From Candidatus Neomicrothrix sp. UBA2517 (GTDB taxonomy: Bacteria; Actinomycetota; Acidimicrobiia; Acidimicrobiales; UBA8592), in contig DDNP01000002.1 in NCBI GenBank assembly GCA_002341185.1, positions 51,709 through 115,708 of the forward strand: a stretch of 64,000 nucleotides of DNA, written 5' to 3'. Positions 1 to 8,728 of the stretch are shown piece after piece (the stretch's first letter is position 1; each line of letters opens with the position of its first letter). The position numbers and the translations under genes were made by a program. The notes under the pieces are model-generated. The model had not been told where the DNA came from. It was given only the letters and a program-made list of their open reading frames with translations, and made no database searches.

Positions 1-332
1 CTAGCTAAGGTTAAAGTTTCATTTATTGTTCGCACTGAATGCCCAAGCTTTTCTCCTTGGTCCCATATTGGGTACCAGAGAGATTCGGCTACCGATTCAA
101 TATCTGGAGCGTTGTTATGAAGGAGTAGGACATCAAGGTCAGACAAAGGCGAAAGGTCCCTTCGACCATATCCACCTACAGCTACAAGAGCTAGATCCGA
201 CCTATTATCTCCAATTGGTGAGAACAACCCCTGTAACCACTGATCAGTGGCGTCACTAAGTTGCAATGTAAATTCGGAGCCCCGAAGTTCACGATCTGCT
301 AGAAGCCTTTTCCTTTCTGCGACGATTGACAT
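1..332 (-). CDS. glnD: [protein-PII] uridylyltransferase, N-terminal part, runs off the window edge
   Basis: Not in the ORF track. Manual translation from ATG at 332: MSIVAERKRLLADRELRGSEF...LALVAVGGYGRRDLSPLSDLDVLLLH...LWYPIWDQGEKLGHSVRT, the GlnD nucleotidyltransferase signature; lies just downstream of amt. Confidence 0.92.
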   Translation of the reverse strand, partial: MSIVAERKRLLADRELRGSEFTLQLSDATDQWLQGLFSPIGDNRSDLALVAVGGYGRRDLSPLSDLDVLLLHNNAPDIESVAESLWYPIWDQGEKLGHSVRTINETLTLA

Positions 333-407
333 GACTCTACCGTATTCCAGTTATTTGATTTTGGGAATACCCACTCAATGAAGAAGTTTTCATTGAGAAG
401 ATAACCT

Positions 408-1643
408 CTACAAGTTATAAGCAGTCTCAGCGTGTTGAGATTGATCTAATCCTGCGTTTTCATCTTCTTCAGAAACTCTTAAACCTATAGTAGCGTCAAT
501 TGCTTTTGCGATAATGAAGGTCAGTACGAATGAGAAAATGATTACTGAAACTATTGCCAAGACTTGATCGATAAATAGTTCTCCTCCACCGCCAAAGAAA
601 AGACCGTCCTGGAAACCTCCGGGTTCAGAATTAATAGCTGAGTTATCTGCAAAAAGACCTAGTAGCAAACCCCCTATGACACCGCCTCCTCCATGTACAC
701 CAACGACATCTAGTGAGTCATCGTAACCAATTTTATTTTTTAGACCAATTAAGAAATAGCAGCCAGTACCTGCAACCAAACCGAAAATGATGCTTGATAA
801 TCCGCCTACGTAGCCTGCCGCAGGCGTTATTGCTACAAGAGCAGCAACAACTCCAGAACAGGCACCCAGAGTTGTTGCTTTTCCATCTCGATACCATTCA
901 ATGAGCATCCAACCAATCATCCCAGCCGCAGCAGCAACGAATGTATTGAGTAAGGCTTGAACAGCTTGACCATTAGCAGCCCCAGCTGACCCTGCGTTAA
1001 ACCCAAACCAACCAAACCAAAGAATTCCAGTTCCCAACATTACAAGAGGAAGGTTATGAGGAGGCGATGATTCAGTGGGCCAACCATTGCGCTTCCCAAG
1101 AACAAGAACAAGCGCAAGCGCTGCTGCTCCAGCATTTATGTGAATTGCCGTTCCACCAGCGAAGTCAATAGCCCCCATTCCTTCATGCCATCCTTTATAA
1201 ACCCAATAGGTAACAGGAGTGTAAACAAGCAACGACCAAATAGGTACAAAGATAATCCATGCTGAAAATTTCATACGATCAGCAACCGCACCTGATATTA
1301 ATGCAGGCGTAATCGAAGCAAAGGTCATCAAGAAAGCAACAAATATTAAATCATCGGGCTTCATATTTAAACCATCAAGACCAATCTGATTCCAGTTCCC
1401 AATTAAGTCGCCACCCCAAAAGCCTGACTCTTCTTCTCCATTTGCGCTATTTCCAAGCGTCCAAGACAGAGTGACCCAAAGCAATGGAACGACCCCTATG
1501 CAGTACAAATTCATATTAAGCATATTCAAGACGTTTTTTGACCGATCCATGCCTCCATAAAAAAGCGCTAAACCTGGAACCATGAAAACAACTAACGCTG
1601 TTGATATCAACATCCAAGCTATGTCACCTGAATTCATAAACAC
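408..1643 (-). CDS. amtB: Ammonium transporter (Amt family)
   Basis: 411 aa multi-TM protein; motifs DFAGGTAIHINAG, GWFGFNAGS, DDSLDVVGVHG with both pore histidines. Confidence 0.97.
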   Translation of the reverse strand: MFMNSGDIAWMLISTALVVFMVPGLALFYGGMDRSKNVLNMLNMNLYCIGVVPLLWVTLSWTLGNSANGEEESGFWGGDLIGNWNQIGLDGLNMKPDDLIFVAFLMTFASITPALISGAVADRMKFSAWIIFVPIWSLLVYTPVTYWVYKGWHEGMGAIDFAGGTAIHINAGAAALALVLVLGKRNGWPTESSPPHNLPLVMLGTGILWFGWFGFNAGSAGAANGQAVQALLNTFVAAAAGMIGWMLIEWYRDGKATTLGACSGVVAALVAITPAAGYVGGLSSIIFGLVAGTGCYFLIGLKNKIGYDDSLDVVGVHGGGGVIGGLLLGLFADNSAINSEPGGFQDGLFFGGGGELFIDQVLAIVSVIIFSFVLTFIIAKAIDATIGLRVSEEDENAGLDQSQHAETAYNL

Positions 1644-1687
1644 TCCTTATTCGTAAAATAATGGCAATTTTAAATTACTTTGTCTTT

Positions 1688-1715
1688 GTTTCTGAATTGT
1701 TTCAGGAGTGTTAAC
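1688..1715 (-). promoter_or_regulatory. Candidate GlnR box upstream of amtB
   Basis: Minus strand reads GTTAAC-actcct-GAAAC-aattca-GAAAC, an 11-bp periodic match to the actinobacterial GlnR a/b site pattern (gTnAc-n6-GaAAc); a GlnR gene is present at 47837. Confidence 0.6.
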
Positions 1716-1998
1716 TCTTAACCCGAAAAATTGCGCGAGCATCATGTAAAATCTAAGAATGATGGAAGTACGTAAAGATTGCAGGCATTACCGCAGTAGA
1801 TCACTTCCGACAGGTGACCAAATTCAAAAATGCAGATTGGGAAGTAACGAAGAAACCCCTTTTAGATGTCCAGAATTCTGTCTTTTCTTTGAAAAGCGAA
1901 ATATCTCAGATGCAGGCTGGAATAGATAATTAACAAAATCTCCCCATTATCACTCATTTCATTCGTTAGTTCTAAAATCGCAGGTAGAGTGTCTGTTT

Positions 1999-3291
1999 GT
2001 GGGAACAAGACTTCGCCTAATTTCAGGTTTTCTTATTTTAGTTATGGGACTTCTGGTAAGTTTCCCTGTCTTCGCGAATGCACAAAATGATAATGAACTG
2101 ACAATACGAGGCACAGTTCGCGTTGGAAAAGAGATCATCCCTGATGCAAGAGTCACTGTATCAAATGCTCAAAATATTGAAATCGGTTCCGAATTAAGCG
2201 GAGAAGATGGAAAATGGGAGATACCAATACCCGGATTGGGTGAATACACAGTTACTCTTGTTGGCCCACTACCTGAAGGAGTCGTAATCAGAGATGGGGC
2301 ATCTGACAGAGTTACTGTCATTGTTGATGAATACAAATCAAAAGCCGTAGGCTTTCAACTTGTCGGAGAAGATAAAAAACCAATTCTTGAAATTCAATCA
2401 ACATGGGAGCGCCTATTAAATAGAATGGTAAGCGGATTAAAGGTAGGCCTCCTCGTAGCACTGGCATCTATAGGATTATCTTTAATTTTCGGCGTTACAG
2501 GCCTTGTCAACTTCGCTCATTCAGAAATGGTTGCTTTTGGAGCCGTTATTGCATTACTACTAGAATCAACAATCGGTCTTACTGGCGCCTTGTTCCCAAT
2601 AGCTGTGATCCTCGCTGTCATGGCTGGGGGCGGACTCGGGTATGGATTAGAAAGAGGTATATTTGGTCCATTACGGCGAAAAAAAATGACGAATATTTCG
2701 CTAATGGTAGTTTCTATTGGCCTAGCTTTTCTCATGAGATATCTAATTCTGATCTATCATGGTGCTGAACCAGAGACCTTTGAATCTTTTAGAATTCAGA
2801 GCGGGGTTTCTCTGGGACCAATCGAACTTCCGACAAAAGATTACTTCATTATCGCTATTGCCTTAACGACACTTGTTACGGTCGGGCTTTTGCTACAACG
2901 AACAAAACTAGGGACTTCTATGCGAGCCGTATCTGACAATCCTGCCTTAGCTGAATCATCCGGAATAGATGTTAACAAAACGATTATGTGGGTCTGGATA
3001 TTAGGAAGTGCCCTAGCAAGCCTTGGGGGTACAATGATCGGCTTAACACAAGTCGTTGAGTGGCAGATGGGAGAAAAAATCCTATTGTTAATGTTCGCAG
3101 CGGTTACTCTCGGAGGCTTAGGAACAGCTTTTGGTGCGATGGTTGGAGGCTTAGCTATTGGCTTTGCTTCCGAAACTTCAACATTCTGGTTAGATAATGA
3201 CCTTAAATTCCTAATTGCTTTAGCTGTTATGATTGTTATCCTTTTGGTTCGACCTCAAGGCATCCTCGGAGTCCGAGAGAGATTAGGGTGA
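1999..3291 (+). CDS. livH: Branched-chain amino acid ABC transporter permease (LivH-like) with N-terminal extracellular domain
   Basis: GLSLIFGVTGLVNFAHSEM motif, TKLGTSMRAVSDNPALAESSGID loop; signal peptide plus about 110 aa soluble region before the permease core. Confidence 0.88.
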   Translation: MGTRLRLISGFLILVMGLLVSFPVFANAQNDNELTIRGTVRVGKEIIPDARVTVSNAQNIEIGSELSGEDGKWEIPIPGLGEYTVTLVGPLPEGVVIRDGASDRVTVIVDEYKSKAVGFQLVGEDKKPILEIQSTWERLLNRMVSGLKVGLLVALASIGLSLIFGVTGLVNFAHSEMVAFGAVIALLLESTIGLTGALFPIAVILAVMAGGGLGYGLERGIFGPLRRKKMTNISLMVVSIGLAFLMRYLILIYHGAEPETFESFRIQSGVSLGPIELPTKDYFIIAIALTTLVTVGLLLQRTKLGTSMRAVSDNPALAESSGIDVNKTIMWVWILGSALASLGGTMIGLTQVVEWQMGEKILLLMFAAVTLGGLGTAFGAMVGGLAIGFASETSTFWLDNDLKFLIALAVMIVILLVRPQGILGVRERLG

Positions 3292-3295
3292 TTCT

Positions 3296-4348
3296 ATGCT
3301 GATGAATCTTTTCGCTGAAATTGACATAAGTAAATTATTTGGCTTAGCCATCAGAACATCAATCGGAGTACAAGCCGCTACTTTCGCCCTTGCTGCGGTG
3401 GGTTTAAATCTTCATTACGGATACACCGGACTTCTTAATTTTGGTGTAGTTGCCTTTATGGCCGCCGGTGCCTATGGAATGGCTATTTTTTTCACCCAAG
3501 GTTGGCTTGGCGGTTCTATTATTCTTGCAATTGCAAGCGGACTCACTTTCGCCGTAATAATAGCTCTCAGCATTGGATTACCATCGTTACGATTACGGGC
3601 CGATTATTTAGCGTTAACCACAATAGCTATTGCCGAAGTTCTAAGAATTTCTTTCCGCTCCCAACGACTACTAGATCTTACTGGTGGACCATTTGGGCTT
3701 CCTAGCATTGAGGACCGAAACGCAAGTGTTTCTTTCGCCGATGTAATAACTATTGACTGGAACCCTATAGGAAAAGGTTCATACGGTACGTGGTTTCTAG
3801 AGTTTGATGAAAAAACATTGTGGATCATGATTATCGGATGGTCCCTTGTCTCCTTAGCGAGCCTTTTAATTTGGGGTTTAATGCGCTCACCCTGGGGGAG
3901 GGTCATCAAAGCAATCCGCGAGGACGAGGATGCCGCACGGGCATTAGGAAAAAATGTTTTCTCATACAAACTTCAAAGCCTTATCATCGGTGGAGTCATA
4001 GCTTCATTTGCTGGTATTGTTCGCGCGTTTGACATGGGGTTCGTAGAAACACAACAATTCAGACCTCAAACAACATTTTTTATCTGGACAGTTCTGATAC
4101 TGGGAGGCGCAGCTTCAATTTGGGGGCCAATAATTGGTTCTATGACGTTTTGGTTTATCATTATCTTTTCAGAAGAACTTCTGCGACAGATGGTTGACTC
4201 TGGATGGATACCTGAAGCCATTCTTGAATCAAGCGATATAGCAAGCGTAAGAATGGTCCTGATGGGAATCATGTTGGCAGTTCTTATGATTTGGCGTCCA
4301 CAGGGCCTTGTAGGGAAAAAAGAGGAGGCACAAATCGATGTCCGATAA
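3296..4348 (+). CDS. livM: Branched-chain amino acid ABC transporter permease (LivM-like)
   Basis: GLNLHYGYTGLLNFG, LRLRADYLALTTI, SPWGRVIKAIREDEDAA motifs. Confidence 0.9.
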   Translation: MLMNLFAEIDISKLFGLAIRTSIGVQAATFALAAVGLNLHYGYTGLLNFGVVAFMAAGAYGMAIFFTQGWLGGSIILAIASGLTFAVIIALSIGLPSLRLRADYLALTTIAIAEVLRISFRSQRLLDLTGGPFGLPSIEDRNASVSFADVITIDWNPIGKGSYGTWFLEFDEKTLWIMIIGWSLVSLASLLIWGLMRSPWGRVIKAIREDEDAARALGKNVFSYKLQSLIIGGVIASFAGIVRAFDMGFVETQQFRPQTTFFIWTVLILGGAASIWGPIIGSMTFWFIIIFSEELLRQMVDSGWIPEAILESSDIASVRMVLMGIMLAVLMIWRPQGLVGKKEEAQIDVR

Positions 4349-5204
4349 CAAAACCTCTGAATTAGGGAATGTAGAGCCAACCCCAGGGTCAACCAAACAG
4401 GACCCTATATTGACAATTGACGACGTAGTCCGGTCTTTCGGCGGACTCCGCGCCGTTGATGTCAAGCATCTTGAAGTCCAACGTGGAACTATCACTGCAT
4501 TTATTGGCCCTAACGGAGCTGGGAAAACAACATTATTCAATCTAATAACTGGTTTTGATAAACCTGACTCTGGAAAATGGAAGTTCCATCAACTCGCAAA
4601 TGCAAAATCTTGGACAACTGACCTCTCAGGTTTACGACCGCACCAAATCGCTAATAAGGGCATGGTCCGAACATTTCAACTAACTAAATCTCTCGCAAAG
4701 ATGACTGTTATAGACAACATGCTTCTAGGAGCAGCAGAACAAAAAGGGGAGTCTCTGAGAAACGCTCTTCTCCCCTCACGTTGGAGGCAACAAGAGAAAA
4801 CAATATTAGAAAAAGCGGAAATCCTTTTAGAACGCTTCAAACTTTCACACATGAGAGACGAATATGCAGCCACACTTTCAGGTGGGCAAAGAAAATTGCT
4901 TGAAATGGCAAGAGCCTTGATGTCTGAACCAAAACTAATCCTTCTTGATGAGCCAATGGCAGGCGTTAATCCAGTCCTTGTTGAATCTCTATTGGTTCAT
5001 ATACAAAATCTCCGAGACGAAGGCGTAAGCGTGCTTTTTATTGAACACGACATGGATGCGATTATGGGAATCTCGGACTGGATAGTAGTTTTAGCGGAAG
5101 GCCGAGTAATCGCTGAAGGAACCCCGTCAGATGTTTCAAAAAATCCAGCGGTTATAGATGCATACCTTGGAAGCGCAATTGCTGAGGAGCTTAAAGATGT
5201 CTGA
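4338..5204 (+). CDS. livG: Branched-chain amino acid ABC transporter ATP-binding protein (LivG-like)
   Basis: Walker A GPNGAGKTT, signature LSGGQRK, Walker B LILLDEP, IEHDM. Confidence 0.92.
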   Translation: MSDNKTSELGNVEPTPGSTKQDPILTIDDVVRSFGGLRAVDVKHLEVQRGTITAFIGPNGAGKTTLFNLITGFDKPDSGKWKFHQLANAKSWTTDLSGLRPHQIANKGMVRTFQLTKSLAKMTVIDNMLLGAAEQKGESLRNALLPSRWRQQEKTILEKAEILLERFKLSHMRDEYAATLSGGQRKLLEMARALMSEPKLILLDEPMAGVNPVLVESLLVHIQNLRDEGVSVLFIEHDMDAIMGISDWIVVLAEGRVIAEGTPSDVSKNPAVIDAYLGSAIAEELKDV

Positions 5205-5937
5205 TAGCCGAAAGATTGTTCTTGAGTCCAAAAACTTAGTAGCCGGTTATTTACCAGGAGTAGACATATTAACAGGTTGCAATTTCAAACTTTTCCAAGG
5301 AGAACTTGTTGGGATCATCGGACCTAATGGTGCTGGCAAATCAACTTTGGTGAAAAGCATGTTTGGCCTCGTTGAAGTCCGAAATGGAATGGTCCAATTA
5401 CTCAATGAGGAAATAACGAATCTAGCTGCTCATGAATTAGTTCGTAAAGGTGTTGGATACGTCCCGCAAACTGAGAATGTTTTCCCATCCCTAACTATTG
5501 CTGAAAATCTTCAAATGGGCGCATACCAACTAAGACCCACTGAAATATCCGAGCGAATTAAATACATCACTGACCTATTCCCAAAGCTTGGTCAACGAAT
5601 CAAACAACGTGCTGGACTTCTGTCTGGTGGTGAACGGCAGATGCTTGCCATGGGAAGAGCTTTAATGATGGAACCCTCTGTACTGCTTCTAGACGAACCC
5701 TCTGCCGGTCTTTCACCAGCATTACAAGTAGATGTTTTCGAAAATGTGACCGCAATAAATAAGACGGGTGTTTCAATAGTAATGGTTGAACAGAACGCAA
5801 CTCGCTGCTTAAAGATTAGTGACCGAGGATATGTCCTTGATCAAGGGAAAAATGCATATGATGGAACAGGTGAAGAGCTTTTACATGACCCAAACGTAAT
5901 TAAGCTTTACTTGGGAACAATGGCAGACTCACGATAA
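5197..5937 (+). CDS. livF: Branched-chain amino acid ABC transporter ATP-binding protein (LivF-like)
   Basis: GPNGAGKST, LSGGERQMLAMGRALM, LLLDEPSAGL, VEQNA. Start moved to ATG 5197, which overlaps the livG stop. Confidence 0.92.
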   Translation: MSDSRKIVLESKNLVAGYLPGVDILTGCNFKLFQGELVGIIGPNGAGKSTLVKSMFGLVEVRNGMVQLLNEEITNLAAHELVRKGVGYVPQTENVFPSLTIAENLQMGAYQLRPTEISERIKYITDLFPKLGQRIKQRAGLLSGGERQMLAMGRALMMEPSVLLLDEPSAGLSPALQVDVFENVTAINKTGVSIVMVEQNATRCLKISDRGYVLDQGKNAYDGTGEELLHDPNVIKLYLGTMADSR

Positions 5938-5980
5938 ACGAATTGAATTTCATCGATAAAAATTTTCGTTAAGAGCAGCT

Positions 5981-6003
5981 CATGTTAAGATTGCCTAACA
6001 TGT
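5981..6003. promoter_or_regulatory. Palindrome resembling a DtxR/IdeR iron box
   Basis: CATGTTA-n8-TAACATG perfect inverted repeat; 5985-6003 TTAAGATTGCCTAACATGT matches TWAGGTWAGSCTWACCTWA at 13 of 19 positions; sits at the start of an iron-uptake gene run. Confidence 0.4.
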
Positions 6004-7076
6004 TTCCCAATCTGGTAAAAAATCAATCCTCTTACTCACTATTCGGACTCGTTATATTCCTTCTTATTTTCTCCTTCTCATGTGGAAATAGCGCTTCAAG
6101 CGACTCAACTGAAACAATCAACTCTTCTGAATCAACTGATTCTCAGAGAACAGATCAAAATACTGATGGCACCGAATCTTCACCTGAAATGCCCGAAAAA
6201 ATACTTGAGGGCCATACTGAACAGAAAACTGATGACAAGCAACCTAGCTCATCTACCTTTGAAGAAATTGACCCTACTGAGATTAATACTCCTAAGTACG
6301 ACCGTGTTGTTATTTTAGGTGAAGAGTTTCTTCTATCTGATGCATTGGCTATGGGCTTAACACCAATTGCTGCTACGGCTACATTAAGTGACCGTTTCGT
6401 TGGCATAAATCGAGAAACAGATATGATTCAGCCTCTACCGTCAACTGAAGCAAACTTTGAACTGCTAGCTTCACTACAACCTGACCTGATAGTCACGACA
6501 CAAAACCTCATAAACACCGTTAGTTTGGACATGCTTGAAGAGATTGCCACAACCAAAGTTGTGACAAGCACAGATTGGCGTCAGCGAGTAATCGAACTCG
6601 GAGAAATATTTGAAACTAGTAACATAGCTGATGAAATCCTCAACGAATATGACACTCTCATATCCGAGACAAAACAATCGCTAGCATCAGATCTAACAGT
6701 TTCCGTTGTTACGGTTTATCCAGGGAATACAATTGCCGTGTGGGTAGATGGGCCAAGTAATATACCGCAAACATTGATTGACTTGGGAGTGGAACTTTTC
6801 CCAAATAAGGATACATATCAAAATGTAAGGTACGGGAGGGCATACCTTTCATTGGAACAAATCAGTGATTTAAATTCTCCATTAATTATCCTCTCCCAGT
6901 CCAACGAAGTCTCAGGGGAATCAGATTCACTTGATGAAATTGAAAAGAATTCGCTCTGGCAGAATTTGCCTGCAGTGAAAAGCGGAAACGTTATGATAAT
7001 TAACCGATTAGGCTACCCCGGGGTCGAAGGACGCATGAGATTAATCAAAGATTTTCGTGAGGGGTTGACGAAGTAG
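5982..7076 (+). CDS. Iron-siderophore/heme-type ABC substrate-binding lipoprotein
   Basis: Lipobox-like FSFSC, Ser/Thr/acidic linker, then class III binding-protein features (NFELLASLQPDLIV, WQNLPAVKSGNV). True start may be ATG 6000 or later. Confidence 0.8.
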   Translation: MLRLPNMFPNLVKNQSSYSLFGLVIFLLIFSFSCGNSASSDSTETINSSESTDSQRTDQNTDGTESSPEMPEKILEGHTEQKTDDKQPSSSTFEEIDPTEINTPKYDRVVILGEEFLLSDALAMGLTPIAATATLSDRFVGINRETDMIQPLPSTEANFELLASLQPDLIVTTQNLINTVSLDMLEEIATTKVVTSTDWRQRVIELGEIFETSNIADEILNEYDTLISETKQSLASDLTVSVVTVYPGNTIAVWVDGPSNIPQTLIDLGVELFPNKDTYQNVRYGRAYLSLEQISDLNSPLIILSQSNEVSGESDSLDEIEKNSLWQNLPAVKSGNVMIINRLGYPGVEGRMRLIKDFREGLTK

Positions 7077-7112
7077 TGACTTTTCTACAATGTTAGTAAG
7101 AGGAGAAAATTT

Positions 7113-7925
7113 GTGACGACGAAACAAGCACATGGAAGTGGGGACTCGGCCCCTTCTATCGTTGGGGATACGACATCTTTCCCATCAGATGCCGAATTAT
7201 CAAGAACATTGGTCGCGTCATCAGGGACAGGTACTTTGAGCACCCTTACCTCCGAAGGCTATCCATACGGAAGTATTGTTTCTTATATTCATGATGATGA
7301 AGGCAATCCAGTTATTCTTATCTCTGATATGGCTGAGCATACGATAAATGCCCGAAATGATCAAAGAGCTTCGATGCTCATCAGTGAGCCATCAGGAGAG
7401 GGTGACCCACTAGGAAAAGCTAGGCTTACGCTTGTTGGAACATTGCATTTACTTGATAACCCAACAGCCGAACGCGAAGAGTACTTAACAAAACATAAAC
7501 ACGCATCATTTTATGTTGACTACGTGGATTTTAATTTTTGGAAACTAATAGTTAAGGAGTGTAGGTATGTCGGCGGGTTTGGGCATATGAGTTGGGTGCA
7601 AAACAAAGAGTACCAATCAGCTGAAATTGATCCACTTTTTCTGAGTGCCCAAGGAATTGTTGACCACATGAATGATGATCACCTTGATGCAAATCTCCTA
7701 TACGTAAAGAACCTTGCGAATTTAAATGACTGTTCCGAAGCAGAAATGTTAGGCATTGATCGTTATGGCGTAACTTTACGAGCATCAACTTCCAAAGGCC
7801 CAAGAATGGTACGGATTGGATTTCCAAGTCCTATTAAGAGCGAAGAAGAAGCAAGGCCAGCTGTAATAGAGTTATTACAGGTGGCCAAAAATATTAATAC
7901 ACAACAATTAGAGCCAGGCGAATAA
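7113..7925 (+). CDS. HugZ-like protein (PNPOx-like split barrel plus DUF2470)
   Basis: GTLSTL..GYPYGS, ISDMAEHTIN, RLTLVG, then HMNDDH and GIDRYG motifs typical of DUF2470. Confidence 0.82.
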   Translation: MTTKQAHGSGDSAPSIVGDTTSFPSDAELSRTLVASSGTGTLSTLTSEGYPYGSIVSYIHDDEGNPVILISDMAEHTINARNDQRASMLISEPSGEGDPLGKARLTLVGTLHLLDNPTAEREEYLTKHKHASFYVDYVDFNFWKLIVKECRYVGGFGHMSWVQNKEYQSAEIDPLFLSAQGIVDHMNDDHLDANLLYVKNLANLNDCSEAEMLGIDRYGVTLRASTSKGPRMVRIGFPSPIKSEEEARPAVIELLQVAKNINTQQLEPGE

Positions 7926-7929
7926 GCGC

Positions 7930-8724
7930 ATGTTCGGCGAGGTAGAGGAAATTTCAATACTTTCACCGAGTATGATTCGGATAGTTCTAGGAGGCGATGG
8001 ATTAGATGGATTCACGGTGACTGACTACACCGATCAATACGTGAACGCTTACTTTATTCCAGAAAATGCATCTTACTCACCGCCATTTGAGCTTGAAGAG
8101 GTTCGGTCTTTAGGTGATGATCAGAGACCAAGACCAAGAAGGTTCACTGTACGAAAATGGGACTCCGATACGAGAAGACTAACGATTGATTTCGTAACTC
8201 ACGGTGATCAAGGTTACGCAGGTGCATGGGCACAAAAAGCCCAGATTGGTGATCGTTTACAATTTAAAGGACCTAACGGAGGTTACAAACCAGATATGAA
8301 AGCTGATTGGCACCTTCTAGCCGGAGACGAAAGCGCAATTTCAGCTATTAGCGCCTCAGTCGAATCTATCCCTGAAACCAAAACATGTTTAGTATTCCTT
8401 GTAGTAGATGGCCCAGAAAATCGAATCAAATTTACCTCATCTCACCTGCATCAAATCAAATGGGTATATAGATCTGCTGTACTCGATCCTGACTTGGCTC
8501 TTCTTGAGGCGATCAAAAGTCAGGAGTTTCCAGCTGGTGAATTTGATATTTTTATCCATGGTGAAGCAAGTGAAGTCCGAAATATCAGAAAATATTTTAT
8601 TTCAGAGTATGAAATTAACATAGAATCAGCTTCTATTTCTCCATATTGGAGGAGAGACCATACTGACGAAGCCTGGAGAAGCATAAAGAAACAGTGGTTA
8701 GCAGATCAGGAAATGGACATCTGA
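7930..8724 (+). CDS. Siderophore-interacting protein (ferric reductase, ViuB/SIP family)
   Basis: SPSMIRIVLGG, RRFTVRKWD, IDFVTHGDQG, GPNGGY, LAGDESAISAI, SISPYWRR. Confidence 0.9.
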   Translation: MFGEVEEISILSPSMIRIVLGGDGLDGFTVTDYTDQYVNAYFIPENASYSPPFELEEVRSLGDDQRPRPRRFTVRKWDSDTRRLTIDFVTHGDQGYAGAWAQKAQIGDRLQFKGPNGGYKPDMKADWHLLAGDESAISAISASVESIPETKTCLVFLVVDGPENRIKFTSSHLHQIKWVYRSAVLDPDLALLEAIKSQEFPAGEFDIFIHGEASEVRNIRKYFISEYEINIESASISPYWRRDHTDEAWRSIKKQWLADQEMDI

Positions 8725-8728
8725 CTAG

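Noticed and set aside
26-259. 77-aa plus-strand ORF in the track, and the many other short ORFs overlapping long genes
   Set aside because: They are shadows of well-supported genes on the opposite strand or another frame (here glnD) and have no recognisable motifs.
1644-1998. Possible glutamine (glnA-motif) riboswitch, prompted by GGAAGTA words
   Set aside because: The flanking CGTT...AACG P1 helix is absent and the words are on the strand opposite to amtB.
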